From Scenedesmus sp. PABB004 (lineage: Eukaryota): 64,000 bases of DNA. Shown here piece by piece: positions 56,409 to 64,000 of this stretch. The stretch lies in assembly GCA_014905635.1 (NCBI GenBank), contig JABVCE010000011.1:62001-126000 (forward strand), in the 5' to 3' direction. The position numbers and the translations under genes are program-made. Within the stretch, counting starts at the first letter, position 1. Each line of letters begins with the position of its first letter. The notes below the pieces were generated by a model. The model had not been told where the DNA came from, did not search any database, and saw only the letters and a program-made list of their open reading frames with translations.

Positions 56409-57708
56409 GACGCGGCGGGGGCCGCCTCCGCCGCGAAGCTGCGCACGCCGGCGCCGCGCAGGGCGGCGCCCAGCCGCTGGAGCGCGGCGGCGCGCATGGC
56501 TGCTGCCGATGCGATCTGTGCTGCCCGGCGCTCGGGGGCGCTGCCGCTGGGTCGGGCCTGGCGGTGCGTGGCGCGGCGCGGGCGACGGGCCTCCCAGGGC
56601 AACGGACCAGCGATTTCGCGTGCGGGCACAGGGGCGCAACACGCCCCAAGCCCTGGCGGGGAGCAGCCACCCGAGCGCCGAGCGCGGCGGAGGCGGAGCC
56701 CGCCTGGCGCGGCGAGGGCAGCCGGTCCCGCCGGCGAGGGCAGCCGCCGCCCGGCTGCGCGCACGCTGCGGCCGCGCTGGCGCCGCTGCGGCGCAGCTCG
56801 CGCGTGGCAGGCGCGGCTGTGCGGGGCAGCCGCCGGCCTTGGCGCTCCCCGGCTGGTCGTGTCGGGCCGGCGCAGCACGCGCTGGCATGCGCCCGGCGCG
56901 CGAGGGCTCGCAGTTACGCAACTGGCGGCCGCCAGCGCACGGCGGGCGCGACCAGGGCGGCGCGCGCGCGGCGGCGAGCTCGTCAGCTTGCGGCGGCCGG
57001 GCCACATAAACTCGGCCGGCGGTGACGCCGCGCCAAAGCGCGCCCGGGCGGCCTCAAAGCGTGCGCCAGGCAGCCAGACCTCGGTCGGGCCGCGCGGGCG
57101 CGCCGCAGGGACAGGTAGTCCTGGTGCGCGCCTCTTTGCGTGAACCGCCGCCGGCTCATTTCAGCCTCTCAGCCTCCGCGCGGCCGCGCAGAGCGGGATC
57201 CTGGGATGTAACGGCGACAGGGCGGCTGACATGCCGCCCAGTAGCCCCAACGCGCGCACTCCACTGCGCCTGTGGCCCCCCGGGCCCGGTGCCTCCCGCG
57301 CGTCCGCTGCTCTGGAGGTGGCGCTGAAGGGCGTCTGAGCTGCTAGAAGAGCGCTGGGACGGCGCGCTGGGCCGCGCCGTGGCCTTGCGGCGCTGCGCCC
57401 AGGCGCGTGCGGGACGGCGGCGGCGGCCGGCCGTCCCAGGCGCGCATGGACGGCGCCGCGCTCGGCAGCCCCCCGGTGGCGTCTGAGGAGGGCGCCCGCC
57501 GGCCAAAGTACGGCTACGGCGTCTCGCGCGACTCGCGACGGGGCGAGAAGGTTTACAAGACGCGCGTCCACCACGCCGGCAAAGTGCTCAACCTGGGCAG
57601 GTGCGGCCGCCGACACCCGCCGCGAACGCGGCGCTGCAGCGACTGCCGCCGCGCACCGAGCCCGACGGCCGCGCCGCCGCGGCCGCCGCCACCGCCGCCG
57701 CCGCCGCC
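56409..57708. repeat. Left arm of a ~1.3-kb inverted duplication
   Basis: Reverse complement of 59898-61214 apart from a few substitutions and one 17-bp indel. Confidence 0.95.
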
Positions 57709-59045
57709 GCAGGTATGCCGACTCTCACGTCGCGCGCCTCGCGCACGACCAGGCTGCGCACCAGCTGGGCAAGGAAGGGCCTAAGAATTACCCGGCCGGT
57801 GCGTACGCGCTGGACAGTGCGGACGTGACGGCGCGCGTGATTGAGCACCTCAGCCGCCACCCCGACCCTGCGCTGGACGGCGGCCTGCGCCCCGTGCCGC
57901 TGCTGGCGGCGAGCGGTACGGCGCCGCCGGCGCCAGCGTCCGGCAGCGCCGGCGCGGGCAGCAGCTCTGGGGCACGGACGCCGCTCGGCATCCCGCCGCC
58001 CGGTGCGGAGAGCTCGGGGCGGCCCTCCCCGGTCAGCCCCAACCCTGAGCCGGAGGGCGCTTTCGCGCGGTGCAGCGGCAGCGGCGGCAGCCACACAAAC
58101 AGCAGCACCAGCAGCGCCGCAAGCCAGCCGCCCACCCAGCATGGAGAGCTCGGCGGCAGCCAGGTGGGCACCGAGCTGCCGCGCCCGGGGGCCACCACGC
58201 TCGCAGCGGCGCAGTGGGCCGACCCGCTGACGCAGCTGCTGCTGGGGCAGCAGCAGTCGCTGCAGGCGCAGCTTCGGCAGCAGCAAGAGGCACTGGAGCT
58301 GCGGCAGCAGCAGCTGTCGGCGTTGCTGGCGCGCCAGCAGCCACAGCGTGAACCGCAGCAGCTCCAGCCGCTCAGTGCGGCGGGCTGGCCGGGTGCGGCG
58401 CAGGCCGCCTGCCCGGCGGGCCTGCCCTGGCAGCAGCCCAGCTGGGCGGCCGGCAGCGCCCCGCCGCCTCAGCTGCTGCCGGGTCAGGTGCGGCAGCCGT
58501 GGGCGTCGCAGGGCGCCCTTGCGGCGCCCTCCGCGTTGACGCACGCCGCCGAGGCCGCGCTCAGCGGCGGCGCCCCGGCGGCCGGCCGGGCCCCGGCGAA
58601 CCCAGTTGCCGGCGCGGACGTCGCACTGGCCCGGTCGGCCAGCCAGCCAGCACTGGGCTGCTGCGCGCCCAGCCACGACGACGTGTGGGCGCAGCTCCTG
58701 GGCGACGGCGCCGCCTGCGAGGTGCAGCAGCAGTGCACGCAGGGGAGGCCGCTGGGCCCGCCGCCGTCATCGGGGCAGGAGCTGCCGCGCAGCGCCGACA
58801 GCACACCGCGGCAGCCGCACAAGCGGCCGGCCTCCGACCAGGGCAGCCGAGAGCGCCACGCACACCTGCTGCCGGCAGCGGTGGCGCAGCTGGCGGTGCA
58901 GCAGCAGGCGGTGCAGCAGCAGGCGGTCGTGCTGGAAGGCCTGCTGCTGGAGCGCCACCTGCAGCAGCAGGCACAGCAGATGGACGCCGACAGCGCGCTG
59001 GGCGAGCTGCTGGATCTCTTGTATCAGTGGCAGGACCAGCCGTAG
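57446..59045 (+). CDS. AP2-domain transcription factor-like protein (2 exons)
   Basis: Splicing out 57601-57712 gives YGVSRDSRRGEKVYKTRVHHAGKVLNLGRYADSHVARLAHDQAAHQLGKEGPKNYP, followed by a Q/P/S-rich tail. Confidence 0.8.
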
Positions 59046-61125
59046 CGCGCGCGTCGCGCGGCCACGCGCCCTGCAGCCAAGCCCCGCGCGGGCACGCGCC
59101 GCGCGGCCACGCCGCCAGCCGGGGGTGCCCCTGGCGAGCCAGCACCGCGGTTTGTGGCTGTGGCGGAAGGCACACCGGGAGCGGGGTCGCATGATCACGC
59201 ATTGTTTGCGTGTGCACCGGGGGAGCAGGCCAGGGCCGAGGCCCACGCCTCGGCCGTTGTGGCGCCTGGCGCGGCCTCGCCAGGGGGAGCAGCGCCTGCT
59301 GCGCAGCAGGCGCTGTGCACGCACAGGCAAAGCATTGTGGGCCTCCGATCACGAGCAAGGCTTGATCTGTGTGCAGTCGATCAGGTGCGGATCATTCATT
59401 GGCTGAAGCCCCGTTGGGCCTTGTCCGGCACGCTCCCTTGCGCCAGCCATCTCTTGAAGCGCGCCGGCCCGCCCGAGGATGGCGGGGATGGACCTGACCA
59501 GCTCAAGTCGCACGGCGCGGCCGTGTGTGTTCGTAGTATCAGCACTGTTGCTCGGCCGGCCACACGAGCGGCCGCACCTGCCCAGCATGCCTGCCCATCA
59601 CGCGCGCACTTGCTCAGCGCGCAAACGCTTGCCGCACGCGTGAGCCGTGCACAGGTCGGTCTGAACTGCGCCTCGCTCTGAACTGCTTCCTCCTCAGGAA
59701 TCCCATTCTCCAATTTGGAGCCGCGTGCGGCCGGGGTTCACGACTGTGCCGGGGCGGCGAACCCGAGGCAGTACCGCAGCACACGCACCACGGGGCTGCC
59801 CGTGCCGACCCATGCCAGCAGCCGGTGATTCCGAAAGTCTGAGGTCTGAGTTGAACTGACCGTGCCCTTTTGGCTGCGCGCCGGGCAGCTGGCCGGTGGC
59901 GGCGGCGGCGGCGGTGGCGGCGGCCGCGGCGGCGCGGCCGTCGGGCTCGGCGCGCGGCGGCAGTCGCTGCAGCGCCGCGTTCGCGGCGCGTGTCGGCGGC
60001 CGCACCTGCCCAGGTTGAGCACTTTGCCGGCGTGGTGGACGCGCGTCTTGTAAACCTTCTCGCCCCGTCGCGAGTCGCGCGAGACGCCGTAGCTGTACTT
60101 TGGCCGGCGGGCGCCCTCCTCAGACGCCACCGGGGGGCTGCCGAGCGCGGCGCCGTCCATGCGCGCCTGGGACGGCCGGCCGCCGCCGCCGTCCCGCACG
60201 TGCGGGACGCGTGCACGCGCCGGGGCGCAGCGCCGCAAGGCCACGGCGCGGCCCAGCGCGCCGTCCCAGCGCTCTTCTAGCAGCTCAGACGCCCTTCAGC
60301 GCCACCTCCAGAGCAGCGGACGCGCGGGAGGCACCGGGCCCGGGGGGCCACAGGCGCAGTGGAGTGCGCGCGTTGGGGCTACTGGGCGGCATGTCAGCCG
60401 CCCTGTCGCCGTTACATCCCAGGATCCCGCTCTGCGCGGCCGCGCGGAGGCTGAGAGGCTGAAATGAGCCGGCGGCGGTTCATGCAAAGAGGCGCGCACC
60501 AGGACTACCTGTCCCTGCGGCGCGCCCGCGCGGCCCGACCGAGGTCTGGCTGCCTGGCGCACGCTTTGAGGCCGCCCGGGCGCGCTTTGGCGCGGCGTCA
60601 CCGCCGGCCGAGTTTATGTGGCCCGGCCGCCGCAAGCTGACGAGCTCGCCGCCGCGCGCGCGCCGCCCTGGTCGCGCCCGCCGTGCGCTGGCGGCCGCCA
60701 GTTGCGTAACTGCGAGCCCTCGCGCGCCGGGCGCATGCCAGCGCGTGCTGCGCCGGCCCGACACGACCAGCCGGGGAGCGCCAAGGCCGGCGGCTGCCCC
60801 GCACAGCCGCGCCTGCCACGCGCGAGCTGCGCCGCAGCGGCGCCAGCGCGGCCGCAGCGTGCGCGCAGCCGGGCGGCGGCTGCCCTCGCCGGCGGGACCG
60901 GCTGCCCTCGCCGCGCCAGGCGGGCTCCGCCTCCGCCGCGCTCGGCGCTCAGGTGGCTGCTCCCCGCCAGGGCTTGGGGCGTGTTGCGCCCCTGTGCCCG
61001 CACGCGAAATCGCTGGTCCGTTGCCCTGGGAGGCCCGTCGCCCGCGCCGCGCCACGCACCGCCAGGCCCGACCCAGCGGCAGCGCCCCCGAGCGCCGGGC
61101 AGCACAGATCGCATCGGCAGCAGCC

Positions 61126-63810
<2,685 letters not shown>

Positions 63811-63843
63811 GTGCGTGTGTGTGGGGGGGGGGGCTGTGTGGTG

Positions 63844-63844
<1 letters not shown>

Positions 63845-63902
<58 letters not shown>
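63845..63902. repeat. (TG)n microsatellite in an ATP2 intron
   Basis: Pure TG tract. The previous intron has (GATT)n- and (CCCA)n-like tracts. Confidence 0.9.
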
Positions 63903-63903
<1 letters not shown>

Positions 63904-64000
63904 TTTGGGGGGGGGGTGCATGGTGCAGCTTGAGCCCTTGAGGGGGGCCTGGGGCCGACGTGTTCGACGCGGGCCGAGCTGAGCCGCCGTGGCCGGCCGG

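Overview
Very GC-rich, intron-dense eukaryotic nuclear DNA. A chlorophyte green alga is inferred from TGTAA poly(A) signals, a full four-domain PHYLLO, an OPR protein and a plastid NTT. Most of the supplied long Arg/Ala/Pro ORFs are shadow frames. Genes reconstructed by hand-splicing: two tandem helical-repeat paralogues, acetate kinase, a membrane U-box ligase, tRNA-Leu(UAA), a large secreted Cys-rich/LNR precursor, a bromodomain+PEHE protein, an OPR protein, a plastid ATP/ADP translocase, two divergent Ala-rich paralogues, a GH1 glycosidase, PHYLLO (MenF-D-C-H), a conserved Cys-motif protein, a CNNM/CBS protein, an AP2-domain factor and the 5' part of mitochondrial ATP synthase beta. Most notable structure: (1) a nest of non-LTR retrotransposon pieces around a tRNA gene and a broken second tRNA copy, including a concatemer of ~40-nt hairpin+TGTAA+(AAC)n 3' ends; (2) a ~1.3-kb near-perfect inverted duplication that gives the AP2 and ATP synthase beta genes separate copies of a shared promoter region; (3) a candidate structured intronic RNA in PHYLLO; (4) unusually frequent GC-AG introns and 8-nt microexons. 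All calls are by eye, without database searches, and exon boundaries are inferred.
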